A DNA stretch of 64,000 nucleotides. Source: Octopus sinensis. Taxonomy: Eukaryota. Within the stretch, counting starts at the first letter, position 1. Every line of letters begins with the position of its first letter. The stretch lies in the NCBI RefSeq assembly GCF_006345805.1, contig NC_043000.1, positions 154,690,001-154,754,000 on the forward strand, in the 5' to 3' direction. Under the pieces are notes generated by a model. It ran no database searches, was not told the DNA's origin, and was given only the letters and a program-made list of their open reading frames with translations. This document shows, piece by piece, positions 26,230 through 38,462 of the stretch. The position numbers and the translations under genes are program-made.

Positions 26230-26534
26230 TCCACTGCAGTGGTATCACATCATTAACCGGGTCAGAATTGTTGTGATGAATATCTATGTCAAGATAACAG
26301 TTTTCGTATGTTTTTGAAGTGCTGATATGTGTCTTCCACACTGTAATATGATGAATACAGTTTCATAGGGGTTTGTAAGTTCATAGTTCAGTGCATCATA
26401 CCATCAAAAATGAAAATTGCTAACATGTTGGTAGTTTAATTGAACTTGCTGCCAAAAAATGCATTATTTATATAAAATCAGTTTAACTGACTTAACTTGT
26501 TCAGGTGATGCTTCATTTTCTGTTGTGTGTGTGT

Positions 26535-26566
<32 letters not shown>

Positions 26567-26567
26567 A

Positions 26568-26599
<32 letters not shown>

Positions 26600-26739
26600 T
26601 CTTAAGCTCAATAATGTATAAATTTAAATTGCACTTGCAGTTTTATCTGAAATTTATAGATCTATTCTGTATTACATAATAACCTCTAAACCCAGTATGG
26701 CCGCGGCCTTCGGGCTAAAACATTTTTAAGGATTTAAGG

Positions 26740-26779
<40 letters not shown>

Positions 26780-27581
26780 CAAAATGGGACAAGAACGCAA
26801 AACATCCGGACAACTAAGTGATACAAAAAGGGACACCAAAACATCCAGATAGACAATACAAAAAACCCCCAAAAACAAAGAACAAGGACGGGTCATTCGA
26901 AACCTTTTATTCTCAGTCAAGAACCAGATCATCCTCGCAATTTCGGCTGATTAATCTTGAAATAGCTCAAATCTGGCCTGCCCCAAGGAAAAACTAAGCT
27001 AAGAGCATTAGATTCTTTGGAAAAAAGCATCAAATATATATATATATATAATCATTAATTCAGTAAAATATATTTTGTTTTGCTTATTTCCCTATGAACC
27101 ATTGTTGAAACAGAATATATCTTGTCTGATTATTGATTATTGATTAAATATTTTTATTTACACTCAAACTTATCTTTGAGTATTTTATTTTCAGTGGCTG
27201 GACATTTCTTCTTTTTGAACTTGTTACCTCTTGGAATAATATATATATATTATTCCAGGGAGTGACACCCTCCCCTACATATATATGTGTATGTGTGTGT
27301 GTGTGTAAACACTCAGTACTCACTGTAAAGTGGTTGGAATTAGGAAGGGCATCCAACCATAGAAAGCAAGCCAAATCAGACAGTGGAGAATGATGTAGTC
27401 TTTTGACTCATTGGACCAACCCATGCTAGCACAGAACCTGGATGTTAAATGATGATGACGATGATGAGGATGATGTATTGCATATGTCTATGTGCCTGTT
27501 TAAATTTATACCTAATTAAAATCAGTGTTATTGCTAATATTGTGTCCCTATATGTTTTGTAACATAATGGTTGGACAAGTA

Positions 27582-28007
27582 GGCATAAGAGTGGGTGTGT
27601 GGTAAGTAGCTTGCTTATGAACCACATGGTTCCGGGTTCAGTCCCACTGTGTGGCACTTTGGGAAAATGTCTTCTACTATAGCCTCGGACCGACCAAAGC
27701 CTTGTAAGTGGATTTGGTAGACGGAAACTGAAAGAAGCCTGTCGTATATATGTATATATATATGTGTGTGTATGTGTTTGTGTGTCTGTGTTTGTCCCCC
27801 CAACATCGCTTAACAACCGATGCTGGTGCGTTATGTCCTCGTAACTTAGCAGTTAGGCAAAAGACACCGATAGAATAAGTACTGGGCTTACAAAGAATAA
27901 GTCCTAGGGTCGATTTGATTGACTAAAGGTGGTGCTCCAGCATGGCCACAGTCAACTGACTGAAACAAGGTAAAGAGTAAAAGAGTAAGAGTAAGTAAAA
28001 AAGTAAA
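27582..28007 (+). mobile_element. SINE family A
   Basis: Full-length match to family A. Confidence 0.9.
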
Positions 28008-28332
28008 GACCATGAACGACTATGGGATTGCCCCTAGAAAGTTCCCCTCCAAAGTACAAGCCCAAGCAAGGTTGTTTATGGAAGACCAGTGGTCACCCAT
28101 GCATACCGGCCTCCCTTCTCCACATCACTGATGTTATCCAAGGGAAAGGCAAAGGCTGATACAGCTTGGCACTAGTGACGTCGCAACTCATTTCTTTGGC
28201 TGAGTGAACTGAAGCAACATGAAATAAAGTGTCTTGCTCAAGAACACAACACACAGCTTGGTCTGGGAATTGAACTCACAACCTCATGATTGTGAGCACA
28301 ATGCTCTAACCACTAAGCCATGCACCTTCACC
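28008..28332 (-). mobile_element. SINE family D
   Basis: Reverse complement of 35610-35946. Confidence 0.8.
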
Positions 28333-28859
28333 AGTACCAGTTGATAAAATAAGTAGCAGATGCATAAAGAGAAAAAAAGTGTTGTGGTCATTTGCACTGA
28401 CCAAAACGTTTGAAAGTGGCACCCTGCTCCAGCATGGCAGCAGGCCAGTGACTGGAATCAGCTAAAGTAAATCCCAATCAGTTACAGATTCAGTTACAGC
28501 AGAAAAAAATAGAGAGAATGATTTCTGATTCAGGTATAAATTAGTGTTGACGGAAGAGGTTAGTTGATTAGACTGATCCCTAGTACATGACTGGTACTTT
28601 ATGTTATTGACCATCCCACCTCCAACTGATGAAAGGCAAAGTTGATTTCGTTAGAATTTGAACTCAGAATGAAAAGAGCCAAAACTAAACCTGCAAAGCG
28701 TTTTGTTCGATGCTCCGTCGATTTTGCGAGATAACAATGAAAGAGTGAATGAAATAGAAGAGATGAAGATAGAGACAAGCATAAAGAAGAGTAAAGATGA
28801 ATGAGAAAAGGAATGGAGATGAAGGAGAGAGAGAGAGTGGAGATGAGTGTACATGTGTA

Positions 28860-28890
<31 letters not shown>

Positions 28891-29217
28891 AAAGGAGGGA
28901 GAAAAACTAAACGAGATTGTGTTTGAGTATGTGTTTGTGAAAAGGAGAGAGAAAGAGAAAGAGAGAGAGGGAGAGAGAGAAAGAGAAAGAGAGAGAGGGA
29001 GAGAGAGAGAGAGAGTGAGGGAGAGGGAGAGAGAGAGGGAGAGAGAGAGAGAGAGTGAAAACTAAACATGTGTGTGTATGTGGGTGTTTGTGCATGTGTA
29101 AGAGAGTAAGAGATTGGACTGAAAGAGAGTTCATAAGAAAGAGAGAAAGAAAAAGAGAGAGAGAGAGAGATGAATAAGAATGAGTGTGTCTGAGAGGGGT
29201 TGTGGATATACTATTTA

Positions 29218-29626
29218 CTATTTTACTATTTTATTTGTTTCAGTCATTTGACTGTGGCCATGCTGGAGCACCGCCTTTAGTCGAGCAAATCGACCCCAGG
29301 ACTTATTCTTTGTAAGCCCAGTACTTATTCGATCGGTCTCTTTTGCCAAACCGCTAAGTGACGGGGACATAAACACACAAGCATTGGTTGTCAAGCAATG
29401 CTAGGGAGACAAACACAGACACACACACACATGCACACACATACATATATATATACATCCGACAGGCTTCTTTCAGTTTCCGTCTACCAAATCCACTCAC
29501 AAGGCATTGGTCGGCCCGGGGCTATAGCAGAAGACACTTGCCCAAATTGCCACACAGTGAGACTGAACCCGGAACCATGTGGTTGGTTAGTAAGCTACTT
29601 ACCACACAGCCACTCCTGCGCCTCTA
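29218..29626 (-). mobile_element. SINE family A
   Basis: Reverse-complement match to family A. Confidence 0.9.
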
Positions 29627-30261
29627 TGAGTACAAAACAGAAGGAACGATGGGAGAAAGCTTGAGAGAATGAGAGAGAGAAAGAAAGGCAGATAAAGAAA
29701 GCAAGAGAGAGAGAGAGAGAGAGAAACAGAATGCAAGACTTGGAGACTGAGAGAGAGAGAGAGAGAGAGAGAGAGCCATAGAGATTTTGTTGCAGTCAGT
29801 GTACAGCATCAATATGTTTTCACACATTGTTGACTGTGTGACAAATTAGAATAAATGTGTGCATATGCTACATTCACCACATGAAGGTAACAATATTAAT
29901 CTCATCATGTTAATGACACCAGCAAGGAAGCCTCTATGTAGTTGCTGGACCTGCTAAAAATAGTAGCCAATTTTCTTCTTAAAAATATGAAGAATGTAAT
30001 AAATGTTGTAGTCATGGATACATAATGTCTTTTTTTAAAAAATGGAATAATCACAGCTGGAACTATTTTGCTCATAGGTCTGCTTAATGAGAGATGACCT
30101 GTGGTTAAACAGCAACTATTGGCAAAGCTATGGCAAAGGTTACATATGGTCGATCTCTGTTTGGAACAGTATAAAGAAAAATGGGAGCAAAATTGATAAC
30201 TATGATAAATAAACAAGAATGTTATAATGCTAGAAGTAGTAGCCTAATCAAAACTTAAATA

Positions 30262-30520
30262 ATAAATAAATGCGCCCTTTTAAAGCCTAGCCAGGCTCAT
30301 GGGCCCGGTTTCCCGGTTTCAATGGCGTATGTGTTCCCCAGCTGGATGGGGCGCCAGTCCATCGCAGCGTTACTCTTTTTTTCCAGCTGAGTGGACTGGA
30401 GCAACGTGAAATGAAGTGTTTTGCTCAAGAACACAACGCGTCACCTGGTCAAGGAATCGAAACCACAATCTTATGATCATGGTGCTGACACCCTAACCAC
30501 TAAACCACGCACTTCCACTG
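30262..30520 (-). mobile_element. SINE with a family D head and a different tail
   Basis: Shares GTGTTCTTGAGCAA.ACACTT.ATTTCACGTTGCTCCAGT with family D and then diverges. Confidence 0.7.
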
Positions 30521-30730
30521 ATCAAAACTTACTAAGTATAATTATGATGATTGTTACATTATACCCAAGACCCATGATTAGTTACAACATTATATCCATG
30601 ATCCTTTGCTGCCTTGTATGAAATGCAGCAACCACCTGATACTACCCCATTTTATTCAGAAGTTGAGGACGAGAAAGTCAGGAAATATTAATGGGCTTTC
30701 AAAAGTTATCTTTCCAAAATAAATATAAAA

Positions 30731-31098
30731 GGAAATTAACAGTTATCGCCAAGCTAATATGGCAGTCCATAAATATAAGACTAAAGCTGTCGTTGATTAG
30801 CTCCAAGAGGCCATCACCTCTAGCTAGCTATATGACACACAAACCTGTGTCCATTATAATCTATGAACAGGGGAGGTCAGCCGCTTCCCTTTGCTGGTCA
30901 GACATCTGCAGACAGGTTTCAGGGTATTTGCCCTTTATCAATGCAGAGTAGCCAAACCCAGCAGGTGTCACTGCTGACCATCTGTTTGAAGGATCATATA
31001 GCTAGCTAGAGGTGATGGCCTCTTGGAGCTAATCGATGATAGCTTTAGTTTTATATTTATGGACTGCCATATTAGCTTGGCGATAACTGTTAATTTCC
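30731..31098. repeat. Foldback element with 105-bp inverted arms and a hammerhead-like motif in the spacer
   Basis: 30731-30835 is a near-perfect reverse complement of 30994-31098. Confidence 0.9.
30906..30946 (-). ncRNA. Degenerate minimal type I hammerhead ribozyme motif
   Basis: CTGCA-tTGATaA-AGGG CAAATA CCCT-GAAA-CCT-GTC-TGCAG: perfect stems I and II, GUC triplet, two core substitutions relative to CUGANGA. Confidence 0.6.
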
Positions 31099-31140
31099 AG
31101 TACTGCTGCTGTAGTCTCCCTTAGAGAGACTTAGAAATTT

Positions 31141-31362
31141 TTGGCCGTTCGCCAGCCTCGTCTGGCACCTGTGTCGGTGGCACATAAAATCACCCACTAC
31201 ACTCTCGGAGTGGTTGGCGTTAGGAAGGGCATCCAGCTGTAGAAATACTGCCAGATCTGACTGGCCTGGTGCAGCCTTCGGGCTTCCCAGACCCCAGTTG
31301 AACCGTCCAACCCATGCTAGCATGGAAAGCGGACGTTAAACGATGATGATGAAGATGATGAT
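31141..31362 (+). mobile_element. RTE LINE 3' end
   Basis: Near-identical to 55588-55807; (GAT)n tail. Confidence 0.85.
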
Positions 31363-31997
31363 AAAAGGACTAATAAGGAAATAGGAAAAAATTTGCTGCA
31401 GAAAATTAAGCTTCAGCAGTTACGTTTTCAAATATATATATGCATGAAATGGTAAGCTGGCAGAATCATTAGCACACCAGGCAAAATGCTTAGCAGTATT
31501 TTGTCTGTCTATATTCTGAGTTCAAATTCTGCTGAGATCACCTTTGCCTTTCATCCTTTCATAGTATGTGTGCATGTGCCTGTGCACATGTATGTATGTG
31601 TGCATAGACTGTCAGATAGAATTGTGATATTTATTCTGAACCTATGTATTCTGTGTTCAAAATCAGGGTAGATAAAAAAGTACCAGGGTTGACAAAAAAG
31701 CACCAGTCCATCAACCTAGATTAATGGAGCTGCAAAAGATCAGGTGGAATGCTTTATGGTATCATTTCCAGCTCTTTGCCTTCTGATAGTCATGTCTGTG
31801 ACAGCACTGCTATCATGTTGTACTGGGCCCAAGTCAGCAGCTTTTCTCTTGGATAAACACCAGTGACACATAGAGGGAAGACTTGCATGCATCATGTGCA
31901 ACTGCTAGTCTTCCTGAAACAATCTGGAGAGATCTACAAAAGCATGGTTAACATTGACCAGTGGAGGTTTTATATATATATATATATATATATATAG

Positions 31998-32180
31998 GGA
32001 GAGTTCATGAAAAAAAACAAAAGACGAAGACAGGTGGTGTACAAAACAAATAGATGTATTAGTATAACACTCAGGAATTGAAAAACTCTTTTATGTTTCG
32101 AGCCTATGCTCTTCTACAGAAAGGGACACAGAAAAAACAAGGAGAGAAGAAAAAAATGTCTGTAGTGGCTACCGATCTAT
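31998..32180 (-). mobile_element. Short Penelope-type terminal repeat between (TA)n tracts, with a hammerhead-like motif at 32088-32123
   Basis: Minus: CTTT-CTGTAGA-A-GAGC ATAG GCTC-GAAA-CATA-AAAG; related copy at about 60470-60655 (+). Confidence 0.55.
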
Positions 32181-32699
32181 CATATATATATATATATATA
32201 TATCTACAGTTCAACCTATGCCAACGTGATGGAAAGCAGATATTAAATGATGATGATGATGATGATGATGAGATGCACCACCCATTAACTTATCCAAAGT
32301 TATGTCACTGATTCCTTGAATTATTTATTTCTTAGCTCTTTTGGCCAAAAACATATGCAAACTCTTTTTTATATGTTGATGAGGTCAAATAAGCCAAAAC
32401 ATATTTATCCAATTATGTCTTTTATTTTAAAGACATATGCAAGCAAATGAAGTTATCTCCCCATCTCTTTGCAGATGATAACGATTACCTCTAGGTTTTT
32501 GCTTTCTGTCACATGAAACATTGCAGTTTAAGTAAATATATAAATAAACTTTAGACTATAAACTGAGTTTCCCCATGACCAGAAATGTTTTCATAGAAGA
32601 CTGGAAATGAAGGACACTGCTTGCATGATGGTGACGTTCATTTACAAGCATCACATGATGCCAAGACAAAGTAACAGTAACACAAACACACACACATGC

Positions 32700-33145
32700 T
32701 TTGGAGATATGCTGTGACTGAGAAGACCCTGCAAGCAAAGTGAGATCCCAGCTGTAGCTGATACCAGTGTTGCATAATCAACCCATTTAAAAGTGCCCTT
32801 GAATTGCCAGGCGACACACTGTGCTTGAGAAGACCGGTTGAGTCAAGTGAAATCATAGTCGTGGCCGATGCCAGTGCCGCCTGACTGGCACCTGTGCTGG
32901 AGACCTGTAATAAGCACCATTCAAATGTGGTCGATGTTAGTGCCCACCGATTGGCTCCTGTGCTGGTGGCACATAAAAAGCACCCACTACACTCTCAGAG
33001 TGGTTGGTGTTAGGAAGGACATCCAGCTGTAGAAACCTTGCCGGATCAGATTGGAGACTGGTGCAGCCTTTGGGCTTGCCAGTCCTCAGTCAAACTGTCC
33101 AACCCATGCCAGCATGGAAAACAGATATTAAATGATGATGATCAT
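32700..33145 (+). mobile_element. RTE LINE ORF end and 3' UTR
   Basis: LWRYAVTEKTLQAK* followed by the conserved UTR and (GAT)n. Confidence 0.8.
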
Positions 33146-33146
33146 G

Positions 33147-33180
<34 letters not shown>

Positions 33181-33197
33181 CATAATAATAATGATAA

Positions 33198-33911
33198 TTA
33201 CCGAAATTACCAAAAACATGTAATGAAAAGAAATATTACAAGTAACTGCAGAATATGTGGAGATGGACAAGAAACAATAAATCATATTATCTCTAGCTGC
33301 CCAGTCCTGGCTAAGAAGGAATATATTCACAGACATGACAGAGTTGGAACCTACATACATTGGAAGCTATGCCAACATTATGGAATAACAACAGAAAAAA
33401 GATGGTATAGGCACACACCAGAAAAGGTCACAGAAAACGAGAAAGCAACCATACTCTGGGATATGCCGATACACACAGATAGAGAAATTAAGGCCAACAG
33501 ACCAATATAGTTGTCAGAGACCATGAAGAAAAAAAATGCTTTCTAATTGATGTATCAATACCGGCTGATGACAACGTGTCTCTAAAAGAAATGGAGAAAC
33601 TCTCAAAATACAAAGACCTGGAAATAGAGGTAACTAGAATGTGGAATCTGAAAACAGAAACAATTCCTATCATAGTAGGTGCATTAGGCATGATAAAAAA
33701 TATTCAGACAAATACATAACAAAAACACCAGGACTTACAACACATATAACATACAGAAAATTGCACTACTAGGCACTGCACACATCCTACGCAGAACACT
33801 TTCCATACAATAACCATCAGAGCATCACAACAAATCACAGCACATACCCAAGGCACACAGAGCTGCGCTCGGTAGTGAAGTGAAAGCACGCTATAAAAAT
33901 AAAACTACTGA
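33198..33911 (+). mobile_element. 5'-truncated R4/Dong-type non-LTR retrotransposon (CCHC knuckle plus restriction-like endonuclease) inserted in (AAT)n
   Basis: CRICGDGQETINHIISSC, RHD, RP(D)IVV...FLIDVSIP...EKLSKYKDL, IIVGALG, ALLGTAHILRRTLSIQ* (stop 33811-33813); three 1-nt frameshifts; AAT tracts on both sides. Confidence 0.92.
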
Positions 33912-33929
33912 ATAATAATAATAATAATA

Positions 33930-33961
<32 letters not shown>

Positions 33962-33975
33962 TATATATATATATA

Positions 33976-34547
33976 TCATCATCATCATCATCATCGTTTA
34001 ACGTCCGTTATCCATGCTAGCATGGGTTGGACGGTTCGACCGGGGTTCTGGGAAGCCAGAAGGCTGCACCAGGCTCCAGTCTAATCTGGCAATGTTTCTA
34101 CAGCTGGATGCCCTTCCTAACGCCAACCACTCCGTGAGTGTAGTGGGTGCTTTTTACGTGCCACCTGCACAGGTGCCAGGCGAGGCTGGCAACGGCCACG
34201 GTCAGATTGGTGCATTTTACGTGCCACCGGCACGGAAGCCAGTCGAGGCGGTGCTGGCATCGGCCACGAGTCGGATAGTGCTTTTTACGTACCACCAGAC
34301 CAGGGATCCTGGCTGGTTCAATTCGATTTCGATTTTGCTTGCCCCAACATGTCTTCACAAGCAAAGGGGGTTGGCATGGGTGCCTGTCGTACGGTCGCAT
34401 TGGAGTATTTTACGTGCCACAGCCACGAGTCGAATAGTGCTTTTTACGTACCACCAGACCAGGGATCCTGGCTGGTTCAATTCGATTTCGATTTCGATTG
34501 CCCCAACATGTCTTCACAAGCAAAGGGGGTTGGCATGGGTGCCTGTC
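33976..34547 (-). mobile_element. RTE LINE 3' UTR with an internal duplication of about 160 bp
   Basis: 34262-34388 is repeated at 34422-34547. Confidence 0.8.
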
Positions 34548-35417
34548 ATATATATATATATATATATATGAAAGCTTTTTATCCTTTTCCAGCTACCAAA
34601 TTCACTCACAAGGTTGCTGCAGTGGGACTGAACCCAGAACAATGTGGTTGGGAAGATAATTTCTTACTACACTGCCAAGGCTATGTCTTTTGCAAAAAAT
34701 TTTCTATTTTTTTTCTGTATTTTCAAATTTTAAATTCAATGAAAGTGAAGTGGTAAGTTTTCTTTTGGCATAAAATGTTCTCATTGTGTAAGCCTAGTAT
34801 TATGAATAACTTAACTCAGACATGTTACATCAGTTCGAAGTAACTGACCAACTGTTTAAACATCTGTCTTGATTGGTGGTTAGCCAGACAAACTTATTGA
34901 ATATTTCCTTGTAAGTCTGAGCACTCTTACTTTCACCAGAAATTTATCTGTTATTATTATGTAATATATTTTGAAATTCATTTTGTAAATGATATAACAC
35001 AGTTTAGAGCTACTAGAGTTTTTCAAAACTCAATTAATTGTTAAACCATTTAAGGGATATTCTTATTAATACCGATAGAACTACTTTCCAAATAAACATA
35101 ATATGCTCACAGAATATCTTTCCCTCCTTTCTTCTCTCTATCATAAATGGATTACATTTTCTACACTCTGTATGATTTTCATGTATTTTTAATATTCCTT
35201 TCAGCCATGTTTTATTTGTGCTACAGTTTCTTTTGTTATTTTCATATATGGTCACCAATATAAATATGATGAAACCTGTTTATTTGAATATTTTGATCTC
35301 AGCAGATGGTGCTGTAATAAATACAAAGAAATAGTCAACCAACAGTTGGTCTGAATCCATATATCCATTGATTCATTGATCCATCCAAATGATGAATATA
35401 TGTGCATGTGTATATAT

Positions 35418-35455
<38 letters not shown>

Positions 35456-35609
35456 ATGTGAGTGTGTATATATGTTTGTATGTACATGTACGTGTATGTA
35501 TATATATATATATATATATATGTACATATGTATAAATATATAAATGAATAATTTTATATGCATATATATGTATATTATATATGCATATAGTATATTATAT
35601 ATGTATATA

Positions 35610-35946
35610 GTGAAGGTGCATGGCTCAGTGGTTAGAACATCGAGCTTACAATCATGAGGTTGTGAGTCAAATCCCTGACCAGGCTGCGAGTTGTGTTCTT
35701 GAGCAAGACACTTTATTTCATGTTGCTCCAGTTCACTCAGCTGTAGAAATGAGTTATGACATCACTGGTGCTAAGCTGTATCGGCCCCTTTGCCTTTCCC
35801 TTGGATAACATTGATGGTGTGGAGAGGGGAGGCCAGTATGCATGGGAGACTGCTGGTTTTCCACAAACAGCCTTGCGTGGACTTGTGCCTGGGAGGGTAA
35901 CTTTTTAGGTGCAATCCCATGGTCAGTCATGACCGAAGGGGGTCTC
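35610..35946 (+). mobile_element. tRNA-derived SINE family D
   Basis: A-box TGGCTCAGTGG, B-box-like GAGTCAAATCC; several copies in the window. Confidence 0.85.
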
Positions 35947-36050
35947 AGCATATGTATATAAACACACATGCACACACATATACACAGACACAAACACACA
36001 CACACATAGATATGCATAGAAATAAATATATATGTACACACACACACCTA

Positions 36051-36085
<35 letters not shown>

Positions 36086-36152
36086 CGGCGTACGTACACC
36101 TCGTTCTCTTATATATATATATGTATATATATATATAATATATATATATATA

Positions 36153-36362
36153 GTTAATCCAAACATGAAAACACAAAGAGAAAACACAACAACGCGAGGA
36201 CATGGAACAAGTATAGTGTTATTGGACACTCAGGAAAGGAAAGAAAGCAGGAGGATTTAACATTTCGAGCGGAGCTCTTCGTCAGAAACATAGGAAAAGG
36301 AAAGATCCAAGGAAGGGAAGACGGAGGGAAAAAATCGGCAACGATACACATGTGGTCACATA
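36153..36362 (-). mobile_element. Short Penelope-type terminal repeat abutting (TA)n
   Basis: Contains the hammerhead core at 36255-36289; same layout as 31998-32180. Confidence 0.6.
36255..36289 (-). ncRNA. Minimal type I hammerhead ribozyme motif, core intact
   Basis: GTTT-CTGACGA-A-GAGC TCC GCTC-GAAA-TGTT-AAAT; stem III is loopless, probably a decayed ACGT palindrome. Confidence 0.6.
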
Positions 36363-36426
36363 TTGAATGAAACCTGTTTATTTGAATATTTTGATCTCAG
36401 CAGATGGTGCTGTAATAAATATAAAG

Positions 36427-36475
<49 letters not shown>

Positions 36476-36529
36476 ACCTATGCTAACATGGAAGGTGGAA
36501 GTTAACTGATGATGATAATATATATATAT

Positions 36530-37263
36530 ATGCATAAAAACTTCCTAACAAAGCAGAGATACCCCTTAGGGTTAATAAAAGAGGAAATTAAAAAGGTGAT
36601 GAAGCTGAGCATCCCACAACTAAGAACACCAAAGGAAAAAATTCACAAACACATATTTCTGTTTATTAATACACACAATCCTGGGGTAGCCAACATCTTT
36701 TACACTGAAAAATCAAACCTACCTATACTCCTACGAAGTCCCAAAATGAAAGATTGACTGATAAAAACCCCTTATGAAACAGTAGACGTCAACCAAAAAA
36801 TCTCAAAAACCACCTCACAAGAGCAAAATTCACATCAGAGAATGAATCAGAATTCTCCATAAAAGAATGTGGAGATAGCAGACGTGCAACATGCAACAAC
36901 AACAACTTTTAATACAAAGAAAGTGGTTCCCACAAAATTCAAGAGCGAATTCTTGTTCAAAGTAAATGCAGATATGAACTGCAAGACACAGAATCTCATA
37001 TACTATAATACTTGCCCCAACTGTAAGGAAAATTACATTGGTGAAACAAGCAATTCCCTCTCTGCCAACATCCAAGAATCCTCAGGCAACACATCTGACA
37101 AGAGGAATTGTGCTAGATTCCATTGAGCAAGCACCTAGAAATATGAAGTGATGGAAAGTTCAAAATCTTTCCCTTTTACAAATGTTCAAGAGAAGACCCG
37201 AAATTCCCAAAAGCAATGGAGTTACACTTTATCAAAATATTCTCTCCAAAATTAAATGTTTGA
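36530..37263 (+). mobile_element. Penelope-like element remnant (RT thumb/linker plus GIY-YIG endonuclease), pseudogenised
   Basis: FLTKQRYPLGLI, FINTHNP, SRRQPKNLKNHLTRAKF, MNCKTQNLIYYNTCPNCKENYIGETS, MELHFIKIFSPKLNV*. Confidence 0.88.
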
Positions 37264-37410
37264 AAGAGAAGCAGAGGAACTACATTTTTATTATCATTTT
37301 TTTCCAATAGTATTGATGATGAATGAAGGGAAAACATTTATATTATATTATTACTGTTGCTTCTGAATGTGGCTTCAATGTTAATGTGATACTCATTTCT
37401 ATAAATGATC

Positions 37411-37448
<38 letters not shown>

Positions 37449-37456
37449 TATAATAT

Positions 37457-37512
<56 letters not shown>

Positions 37513-37518
37513 GTCTGT

Positions 37519-37826
37519 GGAGGCACAATGGCCCATAGCCCAGTGGTTAGGGCAGCGGACTCGCAGTCGTAGGATCGCGGTCTCGATTCCCAGACCGGGC
37601 GTTGTGAGTGTTTATTGAGTGAAAACACCTATAGCTCCACGAGGCTCCGGCAGGGGGTGGTGGCGATCCCTGCTGTACTCTTTCGCTGCAACTTTCTCTC
37701 ACTCTTTCTTCTGTTGGCCTGCTTGCTTAGCCAGTGGGGTGGTGTTATTTGAAGGCTAAAACAATGTGAAGCGCATTGTGACCAGCGGTATGTAGCAACA
37801 TCTGATAGCCTGGTCAGTTACGTGAT
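37519..37826 (+). mobile_element. SINE with a family C head and an alternative tail
   Basis: First 190 bp or so match 39887 onward; the tail differs. Confidence 0.8.
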
Positions 37827-38097
37827 ATATTTATATGTACATAACATTGGGATTTTGACAACCTGCTGTTCTTATAGAACTTAGATATACCTGAGAAAGA
37901 ATACTAGAACCATTTTACCACCGATTAGGAAAGATATCTAATGTAGCTACTTGCAAAGTAATTCGTGAAAAAGATCTCTTTTGAATTTTTTTATCCAAGC
38001 AAGAGAAATAAAAATAAATCCTACAAAAGGATGAAAGTTACTCAAATATATATATATATATTTAAGCAGGTCCTGCTTTATTATATAATTTAGATTC

Positions 38098-38462
38098 TGA
38101 GTTCCTTTTGAGTGTTGGACCTCAAGGAGGCAAGTGGCTAAATTCCTTTCAAGCATTGGGCCTCATGGAGGTAAAGTGGCTGAGTATCTTTCAAGCATTG
38201 GCCCTCATGGAGGCAAAGTGACTGAGTTCCTTTTGAGCGTTAGGCCTCTGAGAAGCAATGACCGAGACTTTTGGCATTATGTCGTGCTTGAGAAGAAGAC
38301 CCATCAAGCCAAGTAAAATTGCAGTCATGACAGATACAGGTGTCATGCAAATGGCACCTGTGCCGGTGGCATGTAAAAATTACATTCTCAGAGTGGTTGG
38401 TGTTAGGAAGGGCATCCAACCATAGAAAATCATGTCAAATCAAACTTGTGTCTGGTACAGCC
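38098..38462 (+). mobile_element. RTE ORF end and UTR preceded by 3-4 tandem units of about 39 bp
   Basis: Units like GAGTTCCTTT.AAGCATTGGGCCTCATGGAGG.AAAGTGGCT, then DRDFWHYVVLEKKTHQAK*. Confidence 0.75.

Noticed and set aside
26775-27030. (TA)n-bounded repeat with CCGAAA on the minus strand as a possible hammerhead
   Set aside because: No CUGANGA box at the right spacing.
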